Assembly (NCBI GenBank): GCA_041664925.1
Contig: JBAYJV010000001.1
Coordinates: forward strand, 293,262 to 357,261
DNA: 64,000 nucleotides
Direction of reading: 5' to 3'
Source: Minisyncoccota bacterium
Lineage (GTDB): Bacteria; Patescibacteriota; Minisyncoccia; JBAYJV01
Shown in pieces: positions 1 to 8,510 of the stretch. The notes beneath the pieces are model-generated. The model was not told where the DNA came from, ran no database searches, and worked only from the letters and a program-made list of their open reading frames with translations. The position numbers and the translations under genes were made by a program. Each line of letters opens with the position of its first letter. The first letter of the stretch is position 1.

Positions 1-13
1 AAAGGAGAGGTAA

Positions 14-244
14 ATGAAAAAGAAAATTAACAAAGGATTGTTTTGGTGTTCTTTGGGAGTTATTGGATTATTTGGCATAATTTTTCTTCTAATATCAACA
101 AATAGACCATCTTTTAGTGGATTATCTAACATTAATCTTGGTCTGATTTTGTTTATTGTGCTTCCGACTGCGTTTCTCGTTGGATATGATATAATTCCTA
201 CACTCTCTAAGTATGTTCGGAAACAACCAAGCAAGTTCTTGTAA
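14..244 (+). CDS. small hydrophobic membrane protein (2 predicted TM helices), unknown function
   Basis: ORF with AGGAGAGG RBS 5 nt upstream of ATG; hydrophobic stretches; followed by hairpin + T-run. Confidence 0.4.
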   Translation: MKKKINKGLFWCSLGVIGLFGIIFLLISTNRPSFSGLSNINLGLILFIVLPTAFLVGYDIIPTLSKYVRKQPSKFL

Positions 245-252
245 TAAACAAA

Positions 253-280
253 AGCTCGTCTAGAAAGACGGGCTTTTTTT
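253..280 (+). terminator. rho-independent terminator (GCTCGTCT-agaa-AGACGGGC + T7)
   Basis: GC hairpin followed by TTTTTTT immediately after stop of 14..244. Confidence 0.55.
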
Positions 281-467
281 ACTAAATTTATTCTGAATTT
301 TAAAGTCTAAAGTCCCGTACCAGAATCGCTATGTCGTGGTTTTTGTATTTAAACAGATTTGGTACATAAACGAGAAGATTCGGTACGGGATATAAGAAAC
401 TCTAGATTCGTAAACTCACTAAGAATTTCTAATATCTAAAGTTTATAGTTTATGGTCTAAAGTTTTT

Positions 468-2114
468 CTAGGTAACTCTTTCGACCTCGTCTATACTCGT
501 AATGCCTTCCAATATTTTCAGATAACCATCTTGTTTCATTGTTATAAATCCCTGTTTTTTAAGAAGTGCCAAGATGTCGCTATTAGTTGCCCTGCTGAGC
601 ACAAGAGCTTCTATTTCTGAATTAATTGTAAAGATTTCAAAAATACCAATACGGCCACTATATCCCAACCCAAAACATTCTTCGCATCCCTTGGCTTGGT
701 ATATCTTTCCTATTGATGGGTATTTTTCTCTGTCTTTAATATCTTCTAAGTTTTTTTCGATACTCTTCCTTTCGTCGTCTGTTGGTATGTGTTCTTCTTT
801 ACAATGATCGCAAAGTTTGCGAACCAGTCTTTGGGCAATCACAAGTTTAAGCGCAGAAGTTACTGATTTTTCATCAGTGCCTAAATCGCGAAGTCGGGGA
901 ATCGCACCCGCCGCATCATTGGTATGAAGTGTCGAAAAAACTAAGTGTCCTGTTAGAGATGCTTGAATTGCCATATCTGCCGTTTCCCTGTCTCTAATTT
1001 CTCCGACCAAGATTATATCAGGATCTTGACGAACAATTGCTCTAAGAGCGTGGGAAAAATCATATCCTTCTTCGGCATTGATTTGAGATTGGGTTACGCC
1101 TTTAATTTGGTATTCTATCGGGTCTTCGGCTGTAATAATTTTTACTTCCGGATTGTTAATATGTTTTATAAAAGAATAAAGAGTTGTGGTTTTCCCTGAT
1201 CCAGTTGGTCCAGTTGTTAAAATCAATCCATTCGGTTCCTTCAATGCCTTTTTCACACTGCCAAACATAACATCTCGGATACCGAGACTTTCAATAGAAA
1301 GCCCGACAGCGCCTGTTCCTAAAATTCTCATCACAATTGTTTCGCCATCGGCTTCGGGAAGGATAGAAACACGAACATCTATTTTTCTTGTTTCGCCATT
1401 TTCTTCAGGAATATCAAAGCTAAAACGTCCATCTTGATTCGTATCGTGAATATTGATTTTAAGTCCCGATAAAATTTTAATGCGACTTAAAATGTGTTCA
1501 TAGTCGTTTCTTTTTATCTCAACAACATCGTGAAGAACGCCATCAACGCGGTATCTTAGTTTTACTTCATCAGCCTGCGGCTCAAAGTGAATATCTGATG
1601 CTTTTCCAAAATAAGCGCCAGCAATAATGATATTTAAAACTTCTGAAGTCAACGGGCTTAATATTTTTTCTTTAAGATTTCCTATATCTTTTATGCCTTG
1701 TTTCAAATCCTTAATCATCGCAGGGTCTAGCTTAAATGTCCCCTTGAGGCTTTGTTTCGGAGTAACATAGGTTGCGTAAATTTGCCAGGCTTTTTTCAGA
1801 CTTGAATCAGAAACAATAAAAATATCAAGATCATAGCCCTGCTCTCTTAATTTATCTAAAAATGTTGCTGTCGCTGGCAGTTCTGTGCTATAGACTACAA
1901 CTTCCAATCGGCGACCGACTTTTTGCACAATAGCAATCTTTGCTTGTTTCGATTCGTCTTCGGTTATAAGAGTAATCGCTTCTCTGTCTATCGGCGTAGA
2001 AGTAAGGTTTACATAGGGAAATCCTTCTTGTTGCGACCGCTCCTCGGCTCTTTTTTCTTCTTGTTCCCTCCTAATAATATTAAGCGGTAATTTCTTGTTT
2101 TCGTCGTAAAGCAT
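468..2114 (-). CDS. pilB: type II secretion / type IV pilus assembly ATPase (GspE/PilB family)
   Basis: Walker A GPTGSGKTTTLYS, Asp/His boxes, tetracysteine CDHC...C motif typical of GspE/PilB C-terminal domain; 548 aa. Confidence 0.8.
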   Translation of the reverse strand: MLYDENKKLPLNIIRREQEEKRAEERSQQEGFPYVNLTSTPIDREAITLITEDESKQAKIAIVQKVGRRLEVVVYSTELPATATFLDKLREQGYDLDIFIVSDSSLKKAWQIYATYVTPKQSLKGTFKLDPAMIKDLKQGIKDIGNLKEKILSPLTSEVLNIIIAGAYFGKASDIHFEPQADEVKLRYRVDGVLHDVVEIKRNDYEHILSRIKILSGLKINIHDTNQDGRFSFDIPEENGETRKIDVRVSILPEADGETIVMRILGTGAVGLSIESLGIRDVMFGSVKKALKEPNGLILTTGPTGSGKTTTLYSFIKHINNPEVKIITAEDPIEYQIKGVTQSQINAEEGYDFSHALRAIVRQDPDIILVGEIRDRETADMAIQASLTGHLVFSTLHTNDAAGAIPRLRDLGTDEKSVTSALKLVIAQRLVRKLCDHCKEEHIPTDDERKSIEKNLEDIKDREKYPSIGKIYQAKGCEECFGLGYSGRIGIFEIFTINSEIEALVLSRATNSDILALLKKQGFITMKQDGYLKILEGITSIDEVERVT

Positions 2115-2163
2115 ATTTTAATCTAAAAAATAAGGTAAAAATTGAAATAGCAATAAATATTTT

Positions 2164-2589
2164 TTATAACAAATCCTTGGGTTCTTTTCTTAAAATTTTC
2201 AATTTGTCAAAATCTTTATCGAAAGAAATAACTGTCATTTTTTTATTAAGAATGTCTGGGCAAGAAGCAATAAGCGCATCAATAAATTTTACATTATGTT
2301 TCTCGTATAGCTCAAGCATCACAGTAGCGTTGTGTTTGTCTCTTATTTTTAAATACTTCATTTCTGATATGCTTTTTAAGATTGTTGTTATCTGTTGTTT
2401 TTCCAGTCCATAAAAACTTTTTAGCGTCCACTGGATTTCTGCTAAAATTAAGGTCGAAATTGTTGCGCTAATTTCCCCTTGTTTAATTTTATTAAACAAA
2501 AGCTCGCAGTCCTTGGCGGATTGTTTATCGTCCTTGACGATCATTCGCAAAAAAATATTCGTATCAATAAAATAATTACCCTCTTTCAT
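2164..2589 (-). CDS. vapC: PIN-domain ribonuclease toxin (VapC-like)
   Basis: N-terminal YFIDTNIFL, conserved acidic residues (LAEI, FIDALIA, SFDKDF); 14-nt overlap with upstream antitoxin gene. Confidence 0.7.
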   Translation of the reverse strand: MKEGNYFIDTNIFLRMIVKDDKQSAKDCELLFNKIKQGEISATISTLILAEIQWTLKSFYGLEKQQITTILKSISEMKYLKIRDKHNATVMLELYEKHNVKFIDALIASCPDILNKKMTVISFDKDFDKLKILRKEPKDLL

Positions 2590-2815
2590 ATTTTTTTTCC
2601 ATCATTTCTCTAGCCAATAGAGGATCGGTTTTCTTTTTTATTATAATTTGTTCGGCAACTTTTATAAAATCTTTGACAGGCTTCACTTTAATAACTTTCT
2701 CGCCACGAGAAAAACTAACAGAAACTTTGTCTGTTCTTGTTAATCCAAAAATATCTCTGATTTTTTTAGGAATAGTGATTTGACCTTTTTGAGTCATTGC
2801 AGTAAAGTAAGTCAT
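2576..2815 (-). CDS. vapB: AbrB/MazE/SpoVT-type antitoxin (VapB-like)
   Basis: 79 aa, swapped-hairpin motif TQKGQITIPKKIRDIFGL; overlaps PIN gene start. Confidence 0.6.
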   Translation of the reverse strand: MTYFTAMTQKGQITIPKKIRDIFGLTRTDKVSVSFSRGEKVIKVKPVKDFIKVAEQIIIKKKTDPLLAREMMEKKYERG

Positions 2816-2891
2816 ATTATTAAATTCTTACTTAAAAATTAATTCTTACTTCTATTATAATCCTTACTTTGTATTATGTCAATGTCTAGCT

Positions 2892-3410
2892 TTACTCAGT
2901 GAATCTAAAAGTAGAAAGAATCTGATTATAAATATTCATGTATTTCTCGTGTGTTGCTTCGTGGGCATAGGCAACATAACTTATTGAATAAAACTTACTA
3001 TTCTTGCCTACTTTTGTAATAGTAGCTGGTCCAGAGCTTGGCGCAGCTCCTTCCTGCCATTGTCTTCCTTCTAGTCCTCCAAGTGTTACAATCTTATAGT
3101 TATCTTCTGGCAAGTAAGAGTCCGTGCTCACATCTATTCTTATAATATAATAAGAATTTTCATAAGAGTCCTCTATTCCCGTTATCAAAACCTTTTCTTG
3201 TGATGGATCTTCTTTTGTCAGCCCGATTTGATTTAGACCCTCACTGTTCAACTCCCACTCCCTTGGATACCACACTTCATATCCTAGTTCTCGATTTGTG
3301 TATTTTCCCCAATTCAGACTTTCTCCCTTTGGCCAAAAGAACCACGCAATGAAGACACCGACCGTAATGATTAACAAAGTCAGGGCAATGATGAAATTTT
3401 TTTTCTTCAT
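2892..3410 (-). CDS. hypothetical membrane-anchored/secreted protein
   Basis: N-terminal KKK + hydrophobic helix (signal anchor), no recognizable catalytic motif. Confidence 0.4.
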   Translation of the reverse strand: MKKKNFIIALTLLIITVGVFIAWFFWPKGESLNWGKYTNRELGYEVWYPREWELNSEGLNQIGLTKEDPSQEKVLITGIEDSYENSYYIIRIDVSTDSYLPEDNYKIVTLGGLEGRQWQEGAAPSSGPATITKVGKNSKFYSISYVAYAHEATHEKYMNIYNQILSTFRFTE

Positions 3411-3497
3411 ATGATTTTAATCTTATTGCTCTATTTTACTTTACTTTTTTATATTTTCCAAGTTAAGATATAAGGAATAATCTGATATAATGAAAAT

Positions 3498-3989
3498 ATG
3501 GAATTCAAAACAAACAATTTCGAAGAAACAGTGAACTTGGGTAAAAAATTGGTCCTAGATTTTTTAGAATCGGAGCAGCACAGAAAATCAGCGCTTGTTA
3601 TTGTGCTTGAAGGCGATCTGGGAGCAGGAAAAACTACTATTACCCAAGGATTCGCTCAAGCATTGGGCGTCGAGAGCTGGATTAAAAGCCCAACCTTTGT
3701 TCTTATGAGAGAGCACAAGATTAGTCCGGAATACGAAGTACGAAGTTCGAAGTACGAAGAAAAAAACAGTAAACCAAATCGCTTAACTACCCTAATTCAT
3801 ATTGATTGCTACAGAGTTGATAATCCAGACGCCTTAATTGAAATCGGGATTAAAGATATATTAGCTGATCCTCAAAATATTGTTTTTATTGAATGGGGAG
3901 AAAAAATCGCAAAATTACTGCCAAAAAATATCATAAGAATAAAAATTAAACATTTAAAAGAAGATCAAAGAAAAATTACAATAAATTAA
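3498..3989 (+). CDS. tsaE: tRNA threonylcarbamoyladenosine biosynthesis ATPase TsaE (YjeE), with in-frame low-complexity insertion
   Basis: P-loop LEGDLGAGKTTITQGF, SPTF...HIDCYRV motifs of TsaE; contains 4x heptamer TACGAAG array (3732..3759) encoding extra EYEVRSSKYEE segment. Confidence 0.75.
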   Translation: MEFKTNNFEETVNLGKKLVLDFLESEQHRKSALVIVLEGDLGAGKTTITQGFAQALGVESWIKSPTFVLMREHKISPEYEVRSSKYEEKNSKPNRLTTLIHIDCYRVDNPDALIEIGIKDILADPQNIVFIEWGEKIAKLLPKNIIRIKIKHLKEDQRKITIN

Positions 3990-4118
3990 ATCCGAAAATC
4001 GAAACAATATTTAATCTCGAAATCATAAATTCTAAACGGTTTAAAACATTAAATATTAGAATTTTGAATTTGTTTCGAATTTCGTGCTTCGAATTTCAAA
4101 TTTGTTATAAGGTTTAGT

Positions 4119-5111
4119 ATGAAACGTTTGCTCATTATCGACTCTCACGCTCTTCTTCACCGCGCTTATCATGCGCTTCCTCCTTTAACTAATTCAAAAG
4201 GAGAACCCATAGGCGCAATCTACGGTTTCGCCTCAATCCTTGTTAGCAATATTGCCCAGCTAAAACCAGATTACCTTGTTGCCTGTTTTGATTTGCCTAA
4301 GCCAACTTTAAGGCATCAAAAATTTGCTGATTACAAAGCAAAAAGACCGAAAGCGCCAGATGATTTGATTGTTCAGTTTAAGCTTGTAAAGCGTTTCTTA
4401 AAAAATCTCGATATTCCTATTCTTGAAAAAGAAGGTTATGAGGCTGATGATGCGATTGGAACTGTTATCGCTCAAGTTACTCAAAAATATCCTGATATGG
4501 AAAATATTGTTTTAACAGGAGACTTAGATACGCTCCAGCTTATTAATAAAAATACCAAAATTCTCACTCCTAAACGCGGTATATCTGATCCGATTCTTTA
4601 TGACGAGAAAGAACTTGATAAAAAATACCCTGGACTTGAACCAAAGCACATTGTTGAATTTAAAGGATTAAAGGGAGATCAGTCTGATAATATTCCTGGC
4701 GTTCCCGGTATAGGAGAAAAAACTGCCCTAACGCTCATAAGGCGGTTTGGCAATCTTGAAAAACTTTATGAAACCGTAGAAAACGAAAAAGAAATTGAAC
4801 AATTGAAGAAAGAAAAAATTCTATCGGTTTCTGTTGTTAAAAAACTTAAGGAAAACAAAGACTTGGCCTTCTTTAGTCGAGAACTGGCAACAATTTATCG
4901 AGATGTACCCATTGAGTTCAACCTTAAAAACGCTTCCTGGGAACCAAATCCCGTTAGAGTTGAAAATGCCTTAATGGATTTTGGTCTTCGTTCTTTAGTA
5001 AGAAGATACCAAGCGATATCACAGGGAATTGAACTACCAAAATTTGAAAAAAAACCAGAAGAAAAAAAGGAAGAAAAAAAAGAACCCGTAAGGCAGCATT
5101 CTTTATTTTAA
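4119..5111 (+). CDS. stand-alone 5'-3' exonuclease (Pol I N-terminal/FEN-like domain)
   Basis: LIIDSHALLHRAYHALP start, acidic metal sites (EADD, TGDLD), helix-hairpin-helix GVPGIGEKTA; 330 aa without polymerase domain. Confidence 0.8.
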   Translation: MKRLLIIDSHALLHRAYHALPPLTNSKGEPIGAIYGFASILVSNIAQLKPDYLVACFDLPKPTLRHQKFADYKAKRPKAPDDLIVQFKLVKRFLKNLDIPILEKEGYEADDAIGTVIAQVTQKYPDMENIVLTGDLDTLQLINKNTKILTPKRGISDPILYDEKELDKKYPGLEPKHIVEFKGLKGDQSDNIPGVPGIGEKTALTLIRRFGNLEKLYETVENEKEIEQLKKEKILSVSVVKKLKENKDLAFFSRELATIYRDVPIEFNLKNASWEPNPVRVENALMDFGLRSLVRRYQAISQGIELPKFEKKPEEKKEEKKEPVRQHSLF

Positions 5112-5139
5112 GATTTATTAAACTCATTAAACAAATCTA

Positions 5140-6036
5140 ATGCCCGAACTTCCGGAAGTACAAACAACTGTCGATGAATTAAAAAAAGAAATTTTAGGTA
5201 TTGGTTTCTTGGACTTTTGGTGTGATTGGAAAAAGTCAGTAAAGAATCTGTCTCCCGATGAGTTTAAGAAGAAAATCAAGGGAGAAAAGATTTTAAATAT
5301 TTCACGCCGTGCCAAATTACTCGTTTTTAAATTAACGAATAACAAATTATTATTGGCTCATCAGAAAATGACTGGTCATTTTTTGGTTGGAACCTGGAAT
5401 TACCATCCCCGCGCCAAAAGAAAATGGCAGTCAACTGATATTGGCCATTTGCAAGATAAGGTTAATGACTATATTCATTTAATGTTTTGGCTGGACGATG
5501 GCCGACAACTTGCCTTCTCTGATTTGAGAAAATTCGGCTGGATCGCTTTTTATGAAAATATTGCGCTAGAAGATATTCCTGAAATTTCATTTTTGGGACC
5601 TGAGCCGCTAGATAAAAATTTTACGCCCAATATTTTTGAAAAACGACTAAAGAAAACTTCTCGTCCAATTAAACAGGCGATTATGGATCCAAAAATAGTT
5701 GTTGGTATTGGCAATATTTACGCTGACGAATCTCTTTTTTTAGCCCAGATTCACCCCCTAGCACCTGCAAATAGAATTCCTAAACAGAACATAAGGAAGC
5801 TTCTTTATGCAATCCAAAAAACTTTAAAAACTGCTATAAAACATAAAGGCACAACGATTCTTTCAGGAGCTGAGGAATACAGATTGCCCAGCGGAGAAAG
5901 AGGAAATTATCAGGATCAAACCCAAGTTTATCATCGGGAAAATCAACCCTGCCCAAGATGTGGTTCTAAAATTAAACGAATAAAAATCGGTCAGCGCAGC
6001 GCCCATTTTTGTCCAAAGTGCCAAAAAAGCGTATAA
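5140..6036 (+). CDS. mutM: formamidopyrimidine-DNA glycosylase (Fpg/MutM)
   Basis: N-terminal MPELPEVQ (catalytic Pro2/Glu3), H2TH region, C-terminal zinc finger CPRCGSKI...CPKCQ. Confidence 0.85.
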   Translation: MPELPEVQTTVDELKKEILGIGFLDFWCDWKKSVKNLSPDEFKKKIKGEKILNISRRAKLLVFKLTNNKLLLAHQKMTGHFLVGTWNYHPRAKRKWQSTDIGHLQDKVNDYIHLMFWLDDGRQLAFSDLRKFGWIAFYENIALEDIPEISFLGPEPLDKNFTPNIFEKRLKKTSRPIKQAIMDPKIVVGIGNIYADESLFLAQIHPLAPANRIPKQNIRKLLYAIQKTLKTAIKHKGTTILSGAEEYRLPSGERGNYQDQTQVYHRENQPCPRCGSKIKRIKIGQRSAHFCPKCQKSV

Positions 6037-6085
6037 AAAAAGATCCTCATTGGGTTTAACCCTCAAAGGATCTCTATCTCTGTTT

Positions 6086-6382
6086 CTAGCTGTCGCTGCT
6101 TGTTGCCTTGAGCGTGAGCGCCTCCGCTAGGCTTTCTACGCTCAATCCCCGTTTCAGTGCCTTCGGAAGCCACTCTCCAATCCACTTTCTCGGAGTTGTT
6201 GTAACCCTGCCTTCTCCTTTGCACCGATTGCAATCCGAGGAGCGATGGGAGGCACCGCAATCTCCACAGAGAAATTCTTCCGATTCGACTTCCGGACACT
6301 GACCCGTACCGTCACAGTGTGGACAAGACATGGTAAATTCCTCGTCCAGTAAAGCAGCAAGAACTGCTGTTCCTTTCTCCAC
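6086..6382 (-). CDS. small Cys-rich zinc-ribbon protein with DnaJ-type CxxCxGxG motifs (GTG start), GC-rich island
   Basis: AGGAGGT RBS 5 nt upstream of GTG; motifs CPHCDGTG, CGDCG, CNRCKGEG; local GC roughly 50% or more vs about one-third in flanks; other overlapping ORFs in this islet are frame artefacts of GC-richness. Confidence 0.45.
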   Translation of the reverse strand: MEKGTAVLAALLDEEFTMSCPHCDGTGQCPEVESEEFLCGDCGASHRSSDCNRCKGEGRVTTTPRKWIGEWLPKALKRGLSVESLAEALTLKATSSDS

Positions 6383-6434
6383 GAGATACCTCCTTATATT
6401 AATGCTATCTCCATTATAGCAAATTTAAATACAA

Positions 6435-7475
6435 ATGTCAAGAAAAAAGACTAAAAAAATTAAGGCCATTGGATTTTTAATAATATTATTGCCTTTGATT
6501 TTGTTTTTTGTATTGAGCAATAAAAATACAGAAATTAAAAAAGAATCATCGGAAACTCCTCCAACTCAAACACTAAATACAGATTTAAGTCCTATCTCGG
6601 GCTTGCCATGCAAAAATTACAATCGCCGACCTTTTGCCATTATGCTTGCCGGAGATGAAGTCGCTAGGCCTTTGTCCGGTCTTCAATCTGCTGACTTAGT
6701 TGTTGAAATGCCCGTTTTAATATCAGGCATGAATCGCTTAATGGCTGTGTATGTTTGTGGCAACCCAGAGGAAATTGGTAGTGTCCGATCAGCCAGACAT
6801 GATTTTATTCCTCTTGCTATGGGCCTTGATGCCATTTTTGCTCACTGGGGCGGATCTTCGTTTGCACTAGATAAGTTGAATGCCGGTATTATGGATAATA
6901 TCGACGCTCTTTTATACTCTCAAACGGCATTTTGGCGCCAATCTGGTATCCCAGCTCCTCACAATGGCTTTACTAGTATTGAAAAATTAACCAATCAGGC
7001 TAATAAACTTAATTATCGCATGGAGAACAAATTTGAAGGATACCCACACAAAAATGTCAAAATTCAAAGCTCAAATGTCAAAAGCAGGTTGATTATTGGT
7101 TATCCTGATATTAATAAAGTTTGGTGGGATTATAATCCCGAAACCAACGAATATGCAAGGTGGCGCGGATCAAAAGAAGAAAAAGACTATAATTCTAATC
7201 TTCAGGTTAAATCAAAAAATATTGTAGTCATGAGAGCTAATTCTCGTTTTATGGAAGATCAGTACATTGATGTTGATATTGAAGGAGAAGGAACTGCAGA
7301 ATTTTATTTAAATGGCCAAAAGATTGAAGGCACTTGGAAAAAAGAAGGTTCGTATCAGCCAACCAAACTTTATTTTTATGATAATCTTGGTAAAGAAATT
7401 GAGTTTGTGCCGGGACAAATTTGGATCGAGGTTATTGAGCCAGACAAAATTGTAACTTACGAAGAAATAAAATGA
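6435..7475 (+). CDS. hypothetical membrane-anchored extracytoplasmic protein (possibly DUF3048-like)
   Basis: N-terminal basic stretch + TM helix, no catalytic motif recognised; ATGA overlap with downstream holA. Confidence 0.35.
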   Translation: MSRKKTKKIKAIGFLIILLPLILFFVLSNKNTEIKKESSETPPTQTLNTDLSPISGLPCKNYNRRPFAIMLAGDEVARPLSGLQSADLVVEMPVLISGMNRLMAVYVCGNPEEIGSVRSARHDFIPLAMGLDAIFAHWGGSSFALDKLNAGIMDNIDALLYSQTAFWRQSGIPAPHNGFTSIEKLTNQANKLNYRMENKFEGYPHKNVKIQSSNVKSRLIIGYPDINKVWWDYNPETNEYARWRGSKEEKDYNSNLQVKSKNIVVMRANSRFMEDQYIDVDIEGEGTAEFYLNGQKIEGTWKKEGSYQPTKLYFYDNLGKEIEFVPGQIWIEVIEPDKIVTYEEIK

Positions 7476-8443
7476 TTGTTTTTTTGTACGGAAAAGATAA
7501 TTTCCGAAGTTATCAAAAATTAAGAGAAATTGTAGAAAAATATCAGGAAAAATTTCCTGAATCATTAAGTTTTAAAAGCTTTAACGCGGCAAAACTTGAT
7601 TTCAATGAATTCAAGGTTACTACTCAAGTTTCGGCTCTCTTCTCAGAAAAAAAATTAATTGTTTTGCACGCAACCTTTTCTTTGAAGGCAGAATTACAAA
7701 AAAAATTAATTGAGCTTTTTAAAGAAAAGCATCTAGATAAAGACGAAAATAATATTATTATTTTCTGGGAACAAGGAGAAGCCGATAAGCGCACTTCTCT
7801 TTTTAAGTATTTAGAGAAATATTCAAAATCCCAAAACTTTGGACTTTTAAATAAACATCAAACCGAAATCTGGATTAATAAAATAGTTGATAGTCAATTT
7901 CCCGACCTAAAAATACATTCTTCGGCAATAACCTTTCTTTCGGAAAATCTCGGATCTAATTTATGGAGAATTTATAATGAACTCGTGAAAATTCACAATT
8001 ATTTCAATGGATCCAATAAAGTATTAATTACCAAGAGAGATGTTCTAGAATTAGTAAATTTTCCAACTGAAGCTGATATTTTTAAAACGATTGATGCTTT
8101 AGCGTTTAAACAAAAAAAACAAGCCCTTAAAGCATTGGCCGGTCATTTTAAAAACCTGGAGCCTGAATTAAAAATCTTAGCGATGTTTGAATATCAGTTC
8201 AGGGGATTAATCAGAATAAGATCGCTGATTGAAGAAGGTAGAGATTATCAATTTATCCAGCGGGAAACAAAAATCCATCCCTACGCTTTTAGAAAAATGT
8301 ATGGATTAGCCAAGAATTTTTCTATGAAAGAATTAGAAAAAATTTATGATAGGCTTTTTGATTTAGACATAGGATTTAAAACCGGATATATTCAAAATAA
8401 ACAAATCGCCCTTGAAATGTTTATTATAGAAGTATGTCAGTAA
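7472..8443 (+). CDS. holA: DNA polymerase III delta subunit (HolA)
   Basis: MIVFLYGKDNF start typical of HolA, length 323 aa, clamp-loader delta fold pattern; ATGA overlap with upstream gene. Confidence 0.6.
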   Translation: MIVFLYGKDNFRSYQKLREIVEKYQEKFPESLSFKSFNAAKLDFNEFKVTTQVSALFSEKKLIVLHATFSLKAELQKKLIELFKEKHLDKDENNIIIFWEQGEADKRTSLFKYLEKYSKSQNFGLLNKHQTEIWINKIVDSQFPDLKIHSSAITFLSENLGSNLWRIYNELVKIHNYFNGSNKVLITKRDVLELVNFPTEADIFKTIDALAFKQKKQALKALAGHFKNLEPELKILAMFEYQFRGLIRIRSLIEEGRDYQFIQRETKIHPYAFRKMYGLAKNFSMKELEKIYDRLFDLDIGFKTGYIQNKQIALEMFIIEVCQ

Positions 8444-8510
8444 AAGTTTAAATCTAGATTCCTTGCATTGTTGATTTCAAACTGTATAATAATGGTTGCG
8501 TTGATTTTTC

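Noticed and set aside
6060-6400. GC-rich islet considered as an RNA gene (RNase P RNA, tmRNA, 6S, SRP RNA)
   Set aside because: No RNase P P4 consensus (GGAAAGTCCGG), no tmRNA tRNA-like ends or tag ORF, and no SRP domain IV motif. The minus strand instead shows a strong RBS plus an ORF with regularly spaced CxxC pairs, which favours a protein. The four overlapping ORFs in other frames are by-products of GC-richness.
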